A DNA stretch of 64,000 bases from Azolla caroliniana (Eukaryota > Plantae > Polypodiophyta), in assembly GCA_043228905.1 (NCBI GenBank), contig JBHGNT010000006.1:9734001-9798000 (forward strand), in the 5' to 3' direction. The position numbers were made by a program, and so were the translations under genes. Under the pieces are notes generated by a model, which worked only from the letters and a program-made list of their open reading frames with translations, was not told the origin of the DNA and ran no database searches. Below are positions 1 to 24,939 of the stretch, one piece after another; the stretch's first letter is position 1, and each line of letters opens with the position of its first letter.

Positions 1-6
1 GTGCAG

Positions 7-12339
<12,333 letters not shown>

Positions 12340-12943
12340 GATGTCAGGGTGGAACGACGAATATGTCCAATTTACATTTAATTTTCAGATTGACATGAAT
12401 GATTAATCACCCTCCAAGAGTGCATCACTCTTGGACGTTTGTTTGCAAGGTGAAAAAACATTAGAATGCAAGGTGGATCAAAGAAATTCATTGAGTAAAC
12501 ATTTATTCTGTTGTATATGTATGTGTTGGAGAATCCTCACCGAAATTGGGCTCATGCCAACTTATGTTTGATGGAGTCTTTTTTTGTCCTGTCCATATTG
12601 GACTGATTGTTTAAGTTGATACAAGGTTTGAGTAATAGTTATAAAAGAGACTTGAAACATGGATTTGCATTAATCATCAAGTAAAAGACCTTGTATCAGT
12701 TGTTTTCCCATCTGTATCTGAAGCACCTTTTTGCCGTGGATGATGCCAAGATTAAAGGTGTGCCACCGCAGAATCTAAATCTCCTCTCCTCCCTAAATCA
12801 TAGCCCTCAATTGGCTTTTCTTTCTCTCTTTCCTTTTTCGTCCAAATTGCATAAAGGTATAAAAGGGCGGTTTATGAAGACGAAAAAGGCAGAGCCTTGC
12901 AAATGCTCTCTGTGCATCCGGTAGTGAATCCCCCTTTTAGGTC

Positions 12944-13001
12944 ATAGGCATATCTTAGTTCTCTCTGGTTGTATAGGCATATCTTAGTTCTCTCTGGTTG
13001 T
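12944..13001. repeat. Tandem duplication of about 28 bp (TAGGCATATCTTAGTTCTCTCTGGTTGT)
   Basis: Direct reading. Confidence 0.85.
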
Positions 13002-14445
13002 TATTTCAGATAGCAATATATGCTACCAGTGTGTTGGTTAGAGTTTTTGATACAATCAATGTATGCTTTATATTGAGTTCCTATATGATATATACAAGCT
13101 CTGTAGTAGCTTGAGTGACTTATGTGAGTTAGGATTCAGTTGTAGCTTGAAAGACATATTGCAAATCAGATTTATCGTTCATGTATGTTCATCCATACTA
13201 GTTAATCTATTAAGTTTTTGTCTTTATGTTTTGTTCCTTCCTCCACCTACTCTTTCACCTTTGCATATTCATTCACAGAAATAGACACATCTATTTGTGT
13301 GTATACTTACTTGATTCTGTTCACTTGTGTTCCTTCAGTATCCATATATGAGTTGTATTCCTATACAGGTACTTCGGTTTTCCTTTCTGTATTCATCAAT
13401 GGAGGAAGGATATCATTTGGACCCATCTAAGACCCCATGAAATAGATGCCTTGTGTGTGTGTGTGTAGATATATGTATATATAGATATATAGCTTAGATC
13501 TATGTGTATATAGATGGAGATTAACATCATCAATGGAGAGAAGATATCATTTGGATTCATATCTGAGTTGCACTTGTCATTAAAATCTTAGTTGGCTTTT
13601 TGCATTCATGATTATTTTTGGTGCTATAACATGTTCTTGGTTGCACTTAAATGTAAATCGAAGCAAAAGAGAGGTGGATGGAGGTCATTAAAGAACATGT
13701 ATAAGGATCAGCAATCGCTCTTATGCAGACTACAATTGATAAAGAGTGGAGTAGGCAAGTGAGATGACTCGGCCTTTGAGTCGGGAGCATCCCCAACTCA
13801 CCGAATTCCACCCTCAATTAAGCAAGCTTCGAGTACAGGCAGGAAGAAGCAACTCCATTCACAAATGATCTCACTAAAGACCCCACTACAGACAGTCGGA
13901 AAAGACCCCACTAAAGCTTGAGCAGTCATATATATTACAAAGTTTTAATATAGGAAGAATCGCCTTTCTTAAACAATGAGTCAATACTATTTAAGGTTTG
14001 GATGATCGCATTATTTTCAATGTAAATTAACCATAGAAAATATATATGCTATAATGCTGGGATGACACAAGCATGCAAGAATATGAGAAGGTTGTTTACC
14101 AAGGTAGCCATGTTGTTATCAATGAGAAGGCCATGGAATAGGGATTCATAGCTTCTCAGACATTAGAATGAAAGCTATAGTTTGCGGATTGGAATTGCAG
14201 TGGAGCACTTTCGATGCACCCGGAGAAGAATGAAAATGGAAGAGGTCATGGAGGGGTGAGAGAGGTGCCAAGTCACCTTCAAATTGAGTTTCGTCTCTTT
14301 GTGCCTTGCCAAGCGTCTCAATCGCTACAAATTCATTCATTCATTCATTCTCGGTATTCCTTTCGTCTTTTTTTGGCCTTTTGTTGTTTGTGGTTCTATT
14401 GTTTCTGTAAATATAGTTAGAGTTTTTTGAGAAGAACATTGTAGG

Positions 14446-14516
14446 GCACTGGTGGTCTAGTGGTAGAATAGTACCCTGCCACGGTACAGACCCGGGTTCG
14501 ATTCCCGGCCAGTGCA
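14446..14516 (+). tRNA. tRNA-Gly(GCC)
   Basis: GCACTGGTGGTCTAGTGGTAGAATAGTACCCTGCCACGGTACAGACCCGGGTTCGATTCCCGGCCAGTGCA: full cloverleaf, A and B boxes, TTTT terminator at 14519-14522. Confidence 0.97.
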
Positions 14517-14804
14517 AATTTACTACTCTAAGAATGCATACTACCTTACCATCCACATTCCGAAACTCCTTTTGACAAGGTTCATTCAATCTAAGGATAG
14601 ATCTAAATTTTGCCATTTCTCTTTTCACATACTCTTCAGTCCTCTCATTTCCAAGGGCACCACACTATCCAAAACTCCATTTGTTCAACAATAAGTGACT
14701 AGTAATGATTCATACCAATATATATGTGACCACTTCGTGCTTTTGTCACTTAAGTTTTCATACCAATAGGACACACACATATGTTATTCCAATGTGTGTG
14801 GTGC

Positions 14805-14843
<39 letters not shown>

Positions 14844-17056
14844 TCGACACATAATAGACAGAAAACAAGAAAACTATAATCACAATAAAATACCAACCAA
14901 CCATAATACAAGGAGAGGAGAAGGTGATTATATAGTCACCATCTCTCTAATTTCTCTTACTAGCTCTTGGGAAAGAGGTGGGGGCTTTAGTGAAGATGTT
15001 GGCAATTTAGAGGTTAGCGTTGATATGTTGCAAGTCAACATCTCTGGATAGGATGCACGCATTCTCATATAAAGTGGCAATGCACATCGATGTGCTTAGT
15101 CTGGGCCTGGAACACCGGGTTTCAAGCCAAATGAATTCTACTGAGGTTGTCGTTGTATAGGAGGATTGGATCAGCAATGTAGATGTTCAAATCCTTCAGT
15201 ATCCTTTTAAGCCAAATGACTTCACATGCAGCAACGATTGCGCCCCTGTATTCTGCCTCTATGCTCGACAATACGACTATCGACAACTTTTTGCTGCTCC
15301 ATGATATGGCTCCGCTGCCAAGGGAGAAGACGAATCCAGAAGTCAATCATCTATTGACTTTGTAGCCGGCCCAATTGGCATCTGTGTACCCCTCGAGTCA
15401 AATCGGCATTGCCAATTTGTAGAGGATGTTGTAACTCATAGTACCACTTACATACCTTAGCACTCGCTTGGCACAATCTAGACGAATGTCGCAAGATGTT
15501 TTAATGAATTGGCTAAGGAGGCCGATCGGATAGCTGATATCAGGTCGTGTAATGGTAAGGTAAATGAGGCTTCCGACTAGTTGCCATTAACAAGTTAGCT
15601 CGCACTCTTCTATGCCAAAGTCGACATCTAGTTTCAGGTTTCGATCAAGAGGGGTTGCCACAGATTTGCACTCAATCATTCGGAACTTATACATTAAGTT
15701 CAAAATGCAGTGTCATTGGGAGATAATGATGTTGTTCGAGGTCTCAATTACTTCTATACCAAGGACCCAGGGACTCCACTATATATAAGAAGGTTGTATC
15801 ACGTGCATTCATGATATATCATTTATAAACCCCTTATACGTATGCTTTTTACTATTTTAGTGACCTATTTGTAGAAAAAATATTAATAAAAATACCCCTT
15901 ATTACCAATGTTTTTTTTTATAACCACCCATTTTAAATACCCTTACATATAAATACATATACATGCACACATAGTTTCCAATCCTAGAAGGGATCAATGA
16001 ACCTCCTTACAATTCATGACTCGCAAAATTATGAATGAACATTAAACATCATATGCAAATTCCTAGAAATGCTTCATCAAGTACCATATAAATTGAAACA
16101 ACAATGTGTAAAGTACAAAGTAATGCACACACAATTAGGAAACATTACCCAAAAACACTAGAGGTATAACATATATAAGCCACATAGAAGTTTATTTTTA
16201 TAGTTTATTGAGACATATGAAGAATATAAAGTCACGATAAAAAACAATGTAATTTAAGAAAAAACAATCTTGAACTTGACATATATATCTCAAAGAGCAC
16301 ACATGGAACAATCCAAATGCATATCAATAATGAAATTACTAACAAATTAACATTATGTTTGGTTTCATGGATAGACTCATACGAAGCCACAACATTATTT
16401 TTTCTTAATCACATTGATCAAACGAATGACAATATATTTTATATTTCCATTTGAAATGTAATAATCTATGCAAATATTCTTACCCAAATCAAAATGAAAT
16501 AAAATAAATCATTTTGTTATTTCAATGTCTACTTAAAAAACATATTAAAATAAAGGTTACCCTCATAAATACAAACTATATATTTCCCGAGACATTATCA
16601 CCTTCATAGGCCTCTTGAAGCCTTGTGGTAGCTTAGGAGATATGGGAAAAAGGTTACAAGATATTCAATGTTCATTGTAATAGTGGACTATTTTGTATAT
16701 TGCCTCTAGCTACTCTAATTTTAATACCAATGGAGGATAATTTTATGTGGAAAAAAAATACAAACTATATAAATAGAAAACCCTAGGAAGTTGATTTTAG
16801 GCTATCAATTTCATATTGTTTCCATCTTCAATGTTGGACATGTATTATAACATATAACAACAAAGGCAATAAATCTTAATATACAAGGAAGTAAACCATA
16901 CCTTAAAGAAATCAGAAAATATATTCGGAATACCCTAGATTTATATTTGGTTTCTACTCTTTTCTCCTTTTCCTATTATAATAAAATAAAAAGCATGAAC
17001 ATTAAGTTACTTTAATATATACATACTATATATGTACATGTATGCAAGTATATAAT

Positions 17057-17575
17057 TCAAAACATCTTTAAACTATAAGTAACATTCCTACTTGCAATTC
17101 TTTGGGTTCTAGCCCAATTTTGTTTATCTTCTCTCGTAATATCACATTCCCTTAAGCCATGTGCATCGATGGAGATGTTATTATATACCAATGACACATG
17201 ATTCAATATGATCCATACATCTCTGATTACTAATTGTCTTGAGGGATTATCTAGTGCATTCACAAGTTTCTTTCCATTATGGATGAAATCTTGATCATGA
17301 AGACAACTTACCATATCATTATGCATTTTACTTGTGAAGATCCAACCATCCCAAGGCAACTTATATCTTAAGCATATGCTTGGGTTAAGTAAACTTGAAG
17401 CATAATCTTTCTTCTCCTACTATCTCCATCCGATGCATGTCCAAAATTTGGCCCAATACTTGTGGAGAGGTGTTTTTATCATAGAGTTTCCACTTCATTC
17501 CATTGGCATTTTACAAAATCTGAATAGAAGCAATTACATGTACATTGTACAACCAATACTAATGATATATGTTCC
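17057..17575 (-). pseudogene. P-like DDE transposase fragment
   Basis: LVLVVQCTCNCF..QWNEVE..GHASDGDSRRRKIML..(frameshift)..LHDQDFIHNGKKLVNALD..HGL..DITREDKQNWARTQRIAS; stops and a frameshift are present. Confidence 0.7.
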
Positions 17576-17579
17576 ATAC

Positions 17580-17924
17580 ATCATATATATTTGTATGTGG
17601 GATGCATGTGTGATGTGTGTTATGTTTCTATGTGTGTATGTATGCATATTGTATTGTATTATATGTATGGAATGTGTGTATATGTGTATATAGGTATTGC
17701 ATGTATTTTATTACATGTGTATGTAGGTATGTGCGTGTATGTACATAATGTATTGTATTTTATTAATTGCATTTATTGTATATATTATTGTATGTATGGC
17801 ATGTGTGATGTGTATTATGTTTGTATGTGTGTGTGTATGTTCCATACTGTCACGGACACACCATTGTGTCGTGACACATACAACATATATATATGTGTGC
17901 ATATGTGTATGTACATATATTCTA

Positions 17925-17969
<45 letters not shown>

Positions 17970-18000
17970 ATGTATGTGTGCATATGTATGTATTGTATTG
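17580..18000. repeat. Degenerate (TG/TA)n low-complexity tract
   Basis: Direct reading. Confidence 0.9.
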
Positions 18001-18039
18001 GCTCGTGACTAACTACTACCAAAAATTAAAGAGGGCAAG

Positions 18040-21000
18040 TGAGGGAATCGCGGGCGCGGACGGTGCAAGTCACTCAGCTGATGGCGCGTGCGATCTCCAC
18101 CGTCCAATCTGGATAAAAAGCTGACAACGTCTGTCACTAAGAGCCCGACTCTGACACAAGGAGCCCAACTCTCTGACAACCTCTACCACCAGGAGTCCGA
18201 CTCTGTCATAAGGAGCCCCGTTGTATGATAGCCTCTGTCACCAGGAGCTTGACCAACTATGAGTAGAAGCCTGACTCTCAAAAAAGTAAAAGTAATAAAG
18301 AATAATATAGCAATACAACAAAATAAAAATGAATAGGGTATTGGTTAGAGTTATCCCTAAGTTTTGCTAGGTTTATGGTTCAAATCCTTCTTCTTTTTAA
18401 TTCTTTCTCTTTGGTTTTTTTTCTTCTTTGATTACTTTCTTTATTAGGGTTTCAACATTTGGTTAGTCACTTTACACTTCATTTACATTTAAGGGTCGTA
18501 ATAGTGGTATTGAATTGTCATCTTTACAAGTTACAATGTGATGAATTCTTGTCTTTTGCAATTGTAGATCTTTTACCCTATGATCCTTCTAATCCGCATC
18601 TTGCCCTTAACACTTTTGCTTAAGTAAAATTAGCTCTTACCATTTGGGCTATGTTGATTGTCACTTTAATATGCAACTCACTCATGTTCCAAGTTAAGTT
18701 AACTCTCGTAATTTGGGCTTTTTCTTGATTCTTTGACTTTATACCATGGAATACTCTACCTATGGATCATGAGCCAAAACAAGAAGAAATGACACAATGA
18801 CACATTCACATTTTCAAACTCACTCGTTCACTCTATTCACAATAGTATGCAACTCACTCATGTTCCATGTAAAGTTAGCTTTCATAATTTGGGCATTTTC
18901 TTGGTTCTTTGACTTTCTACCATGGAATACTACTACCTATGGATCATCAATCAACACAAGAAGAAATGACACAATAACACATTCACATTTTCAAACTTGT
19001 AGGAAGCATTGGACACCACTTGGAATTTCCAAGGTTAAATAGACATAGCAAACAACTACTAAAGAGTACAAAAAAGAGTGGCACTTATAACGTTTTAATT
19101 CCACATGAAAGATTCCCTATTAGGGTGTAAAAATAAATTTCCATACATACATCCCTCTAGAGTACTAGTATCAATATACATAATACTACCCAATTTTGAA
19201 TATATACAAGGTATGCATAGAAAACCTTGCGGATGGTGAATATCATTCTCACATGCTCATCGGATGCAATAAGTATGATGCCGTACTAGAGAAGCATGAT
19301 ACTCAAATCCCACCAAGAAGGATGAGCATATAAGCACATTAATTACCTTCACACAATTTTTAACTACAAAATAGCAAACCCCCTTCACAAGGGATCACAT
19401 ATATGATGACATGTTTAATTGTTGAATGGAAAATAAGAATAGATTCTATTATACTCCATTCTCTCTTAACATTACTCAACTACAATATCTCATGATAATA
19501 GGACAAGTTTAGCATGTATTGAACTCATATGTTAGTATTCTTGTAGGATTGTCTATAAGATTGAATTGTGACCCTTTTTGAGCATTGAACAGAAAATCCT
19601 TGGTTTAACACACCCAAGATCCATACAGTAAATTAATGGCTATTCATATAAGAACATTGAGATATTACCATGATGGCCTTTTCAGTGCAGCTACATGTAT
19701 AACGTAACAAAGTTGTGATTTATGTTCGCTTCACAAAGAAATATAACAATGTGAGAAAAAATGACCAAAAAGGTGTCATATAAAGATGCCCCAATATGTA
19801 GTTTTAGTTCATAGATACAAACTTGTGTAAAAAAAATATACACAGAACATAATGATTTTTGAGGATTTCAAACAGAATTTTCAACATTAACCCTTATTTG
19901 AAACTTGAAACGTAATGCCATTGAAGATCTAGTGACATTTTTTATGCATAGAGATTGATAACCTATGAGACTATATTAACAATATGTATCATGGACTAAG
20001 TATAATAAAGTGATAATCAAATAGAAGGCTTAATCCAATATCTCAAACTCCTCAAGATCTTACTCAATTTAATGTTTAATAAAGACAAATATATGAAGGC
20101 ACAAGTTATTGGACTTTCCTATCAAAGAACACCAAACAAAACTATAAAACAGATCAGACTCCACATTGAGTCAGATACAACCAAAATGAGATTCAAATAT
20201 TGATTTTGATATTACAAAATCCATATACATCATCATCAGTTTTGGTTATACAAAAGTAGATCATCACCCTTAGAGTAGATCATAAGTAAATCCATTGGCA
20301 TAAGAGTGTATCATAAGTAAATCCATTGCATTAATCATATCCTCTAAACAAAATCCACTACATACAAAAACCGAAAAATCAAAACTTCATCCTCTGAACA
20401 GAATCAAAACTCATCAACATGTATACAAACAATTTCATATAAACAAGCTTTACATCCATGTTACAAATAAGAGGCAAGAAGAAGATACACAAGACGTATA
20501 GATGCCATATTACAAAATCAACCATTTACAACAGGCCACGATCATTCAAGTTGCCTTGGTTACAATATGCAAAAAAGGTTGGCAGCCTTGGTTCCAACGT
20601 ACTAAAAAGATTTATAGCATTGTTACAAAAAATTGATACAAAAAAGCTTGATAATACACCGATATCATATATTTTATGTTACGAAGTATAACATTTCCTC
20701 CGGTTAATATATGGGAAAGCCCAAAATCCGGCATGCCCATTTGGCCAACGTTTTCGAAGGAGCTCCACATCTTCGAATCTGAACCATTGCTCCTTACCCT
20801 ACACCAATGCACACATTTATTGCAGCTCTTACAATAACAAATGCCATTATTCAATGCTTGGGCCATACTTACAAAATCTGTTGAATCGGATCCAAATCAC
20901 CCGATGTCTTCAAGCTGACCGTCGGTGGATTATTCAATTGGTCACAATAGACTATTGGGCTCCTCCTCAACATTTCTTCATATTGATGTTGAAATTATAA

Positions 21001-21653
21001 CAATGCATTTATATGATACATTTGAAAAATGGAACAACTAAGTCTCTCACCATGTTAGAATATGGAACCTTGTGATCAAATGTAAATGAAAAGAAACCCT
21101 AAACGATGTAAAACATAAAAGTAACCATGAAAATACATACCTATTATTGCCTTCATTTTGATTGAATGTAGGAGGTTGGGAAGTGCTCGCTGGTGGAAAG
21201 TGGTGTGCCTCTCTGATTTTGGTGGAAAGTGGTGCTCCTCTTTGAATCTTCCCTCCAAATACCCTAAAACTCTCTTTTCAAAATAGGTTCAAAATGAGTG
21301 GTTCAGGGATTTTATAATAAGTGCTCATTAATAATGAACGAGGCTCCTTTTGACAGAGTCGGGCTCTTGGTGACAGAGGTTGTCAGGTAGCGGGGCTCCC
21401 TTTGACAGAGTCGGGCTCCTAGTTACGAAGGTTGTCAGACAACAAGGCTCCTAGTCGGGCTCCCCAATAAGTGACGATTTCTTCGCGCGTTTTTTTTCCC
21501 CACATCGGACGGTGCAAATCGCATGTGCCCTCGGCTGAAGTGTATTTTATAAAGTGTATTTTATTGGACATCGGGGTAGTTTGGTAAATTTGGAACTTTC
21601 AGGGGCATTCTGGTAAATAGACGAACTTTCAGGGGTATCCCGGTACTTTTCCC
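18040..21653. mobile_element. MULE-like non-autonomous element with long subterminal inverted repeats; left terminus missing
   Basis: 18070-18280 is inverted at 21340-21540. The right end reads GGGAAAAGTACCGGGATACCCCTGAAAGTT on the - strand (Mutator-type TIR). Internal tandem duplication of about 177 bp at 18661-18997. Confidence 0.6.
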
Positions 21654-22494
21654 TATATAAAATATGTTTGTAAGAATGTGTAAGTATATATGTAAATTTG
21701 TAATATGTAATATGCATATATGAATGTCAATATATATGGTTGATTCTCCTGAAAATATCCTTTCATTAGTTATAAACAATTGTTACAAGAATCTTTAAAA
21801 AAAAACAGTTGTTACAAGAATGTTGACCTATCGTCAAGTTTCCCTTAGTATGTTACACTCTTCCTTGGGTCCCAATCCCTAAAGGATAGATAGTACATAT
21901 GGTAATATATATTTGTATATATATTTATGTTTAATCAATATGCATGTATAAATGGGTGTAGTGTTTATTTTCAAATCTTTATTAATACCCTTATATATAC
22001 ATTTTGTATATCAGTGATTAATTTAAACCCCTTTTGATGAACTCATGTGCTATCATACAATTTTTGACAGTGAAGCCCCCGGGACCAAGGAAGTAATGGA
22101 GCTCCGTCATATCTTTCATTTCGAATCGACTGAAGAGGAGCTTCTTGGTGTTATTGATATCGGCAATGTGCTCTCCTTCAATGACCAACTCGTCAACATA
22201 TATTATAATGAATAGATGTCCTCTAGAATCGCTCCAAATGAACAGGGAATTGTTAGATTTGAACATTTTGAAGCTTGCTTGAGGATGTAGAGAGAAGCTT
22301 TTCGAGTTGGCATATAACAGTCGAATGCGTACTCAACTTGAAGTCGGGTGGTTGTACCATGTACACCTCTTCTTCTAATTAACCTTGAAGAAAAGTGTTC
22401 TTAGAAAAGAACAAGAAAAAGATGATGAAGAAGAAATTGCACAAGGAGACAGAAAGAGGAGCAGACAAACAAGGAGCGGATGAAGATAGACAGG

Positions 22495-24492
22495 AAGACA
22501 TAGAATATACTCTAACTAACAAAACTATATTAAAACTTATTATAGCAATACAGAACGATATTGTTACAATGCTCTCAATCCCTTTTTATAGGCGACCTGA
22601 GAGACTTTACCAAGGTATTACAGTTGACGTTCGAAAAGATCCTATATTAATTGTCCTATTTTTTCTACTTGGTGATATTAATAATTGTTCGACTATCTCC
22701 TTTCACACTTGTTCGCTACAACTACAACTACAACTACTATCTCGACTATCATTATACTAGTTAGTTTGTAGACTTTGACTAGCTTGGTCGATTGATCCAA
22801 CCAGCTAACACATGGCAAGCCTATGGGACAGTGTGTTGCATGGTCGAACCTACAAAAATGGCCTAGTCGCCGACCTCCTCAAAAATTTCCAAAATATTCG
22901 ACTCATCCTATGTCGAATCCTCGTCGTCCCCAAAATGGAGCTCTTCTTGCTCGTCGTGATCTTGTCTCTCCTCCTTTGACTCTTGTTGCTGTGTTGGTGC
23001 CGACTGCTCTGTATCTTCTACTTCCTCTAGTTCCATCGTTGGTATGAGGTCATATTCAGCTTGCTAGTCGTCTTGAGTGGTTTTGACCAATGGCTCCTCT
23101 TGATTGTAGGCCGGTTGGGGACTAGGAAGGTGTGGTGGCTCAAAAGGCTATGGCCTTGGTTCCTCTAGGATACTTGCTTCCGATTTGATATCTAATGTTG
23201 CCTCCATCAGTTGTTCTTAACCCTTTTGATTGTGTCCCCGGTTCCAATGGTGGTGTCGGCAGTCGGTGGGTGACCTTGTCTTCGTCCTCTCTTTCGTCTT
23301 TGTTAGCGTGTAGGTGCTCCTTTTTGTATGTTTCAGGAGTGAAAGCAAGTTGGAGGTGTTTGTCTTCAAATTCCTCCAACATCCTCCGAATTTCGGTACA
23401 ATGGCCTTGAGCGAGAGCTTGAAAGTCCTCTAGCATTTCTTAACGAATGGAAGTGATGCTTGCCTCGTCGAGCTTGTAAAAGTCGTGGCCTTCCTTTCGT
23501 CGGTTTTCTTGGTCGGCATGAAATAACTGAAGTTCGACCACATGCTTAGACTAGTCTTTCCACCCTTTGTCTAATGTTTCGGCAACCCGCTTATTCATCC
23601 ATTGTCTCTGTGCTTGGATGATCGACCAAATTCACCCATTGCCTAAACCCAGCAGATGTTCTAGCGCCTTAATCCGCTCGTTCAAGGTATCAAATTTATG
23701 ATCATGTTGGGCTTTGATCAGTTGAACCGATGTGTCCATGCAATCTCTTTCTTTTTCTTGGGCTTCGTTGAGCATTTGTAGTTGCCGGCTAAAACGTTGT
23801 TGCTCCAAGTCTAATTCTTGCCAACATTGCTCAAGACCCCTATTGAATCATTCATAATGCTCTATACAAATGCCTTATTGAACATTAATTTGCATTCTGA
23901 GATCTGTGATTATGTGCAGTTGTCGTCCCACCGGGCGTGCCAAATTTTCTGTTGTCTTGGTCAACAAATACAAAGGATCGAACACATTCTGTCAATGAGA
24001 TTGTGGTTGGAGATTGGAGTCGTTCAACTTTGCTAAATGATTACTTAAACACAATCAACATAAACACATATACTCAGATTACCATACTTAATCACTGTTG
24101 TTACGAAAATACTAACTAAAGTACGATCGATGGTCAACTATACGTATTCAGAGCAAGAGAAATTCAAGACATGAAATAGTACTTCAAGACATAGAATATA
24201 CTCTAACTAGCAAAATTATATTGAAAACTTATAACAATACAGACCGATATTGTTACAGTGCTCTCGGCCCTATTTTATAGGTGGTCTGAGAGACTTTACC
24301 AAGATATTACAATTGTCGTTCGGCAAGATATTTTTTCTACTTGGCGATAATAATAATTGTTCGACTATCTCCTTTCACGTTTATCTACTATGACGAAGAC
24401 TATGACTACGACTACTATTTCGACTATCATTATACTATTTTTTCGACCTATATATTTTGACTAGCTTGGTCGGTCGATCCGACCAGCTAACA
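22495..24492 (-). mobile_element. Pair of LTR-like direct repeats of about 310 bp (22495-22810, 24186-24492) flanking a decayed coiled-coil ORF
   Basis: Both copies begin TGTTAGCTGG on the - strand and share extensive identity. Confidence 0.6.
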
Positions 24493-24672
24493 ATGTACAT
24501 ATAAAAACCCCACCCATGGGACATGAAATATAACAATAGAAGAAGTTCCTCTCTAAAATTGCTCTCTCTCTCTCTCTCTTTTTATCGCCTTAGTGGTAAG
24601 TTGTTAGCACTACAAGCATTGTGTTCTAGGTTCGAAACCCAACTTCCTCACCTCTCTATTATATACTTCTTA

Positions 24673-24898
24673 TATATCTCTTAATTCACTAGATGCCACT
24701 GTGGAATGTAGGGGTTGAACCCATGACCACGTGGTCTCCATTGGGCAACCTTACCAATTGAGCTACATCCATCTGGGATTCTCTCTCTCTCTCTCTATCT
24801 CTTAATTCACTAGATGCCACTGTGGAATGTAGGGGTTGAACCCATGACCACCTGGTCTCCATTGGGCAACCTTACCAATTGAGCTACATCCATCTGGG

Positions 24899-24914
<16 letters not shown>
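24673..24914 (-). repeat. Two tandem 121-bp units, each with a tRNA-like (SINE-like) head
   Basis: - strand GGATGTAGCTCAATTGG..GGGTTCAACCCCTACATTCCA with A and B boxes; the two units differ by one base in the tRNA-like part. Confidence 0.7.

Positions 24915-24939
<25 letters not shown>

Larger units (their letters stand above)
15766..22083 (-). mobile_element. Cut-and-paste DNA transposon with 8-bp TSD (ACCAAGGA, 15758-15765 / 22084-22091), 15-bp imperfect TIRs and a P-element-like transposase remnant
   Basis: TIRs CCCAGGGACTCCACT vs revcomp CCCGGGGGCTTCACT (12/15 match); exact TSD; transposase motifs at 17057-17575. Confidence 0.85.
14950..22402 (-). mobile_element. Degenerate Ty1/Copia RT-RNaseH remnant, in two parts (about 14950-15765 and 22084-22402), split by a DNA transposon
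   Basis: KNTFLQG*LEEEVYM..YVDELVI..FEMKDMTELHYFLG | IEVIET..LGSGAISWSSKK..EAEYRGA; the frame rejoins exactly when the insert plus one TSD is removed. Confidence 0.9.

Noticed and set aside
13660-13925. Possible NUMT or ncRNA (small hairpin and AAAGACCCCACTA repeat)
   Set aside because: No recognisable gene; cannot be supported without a search.
17433-18124. Cys/Val/Tyr/His-rich ORFs
   Set aside because: Artefacts of (TG/TA)n low-complexity DNA.
15766-22083. hAT assignment based on the 8-bp TSD
   Set aside because: Termini are not (C/T)AG and the transposase lacks the hAT TRWNS and dimerisation motifs.
24702-24892. Real tRNA genes
   Set aside because: Bulged acceptor stem and no canonical anticodon stem-loop; treated as SINE-like.
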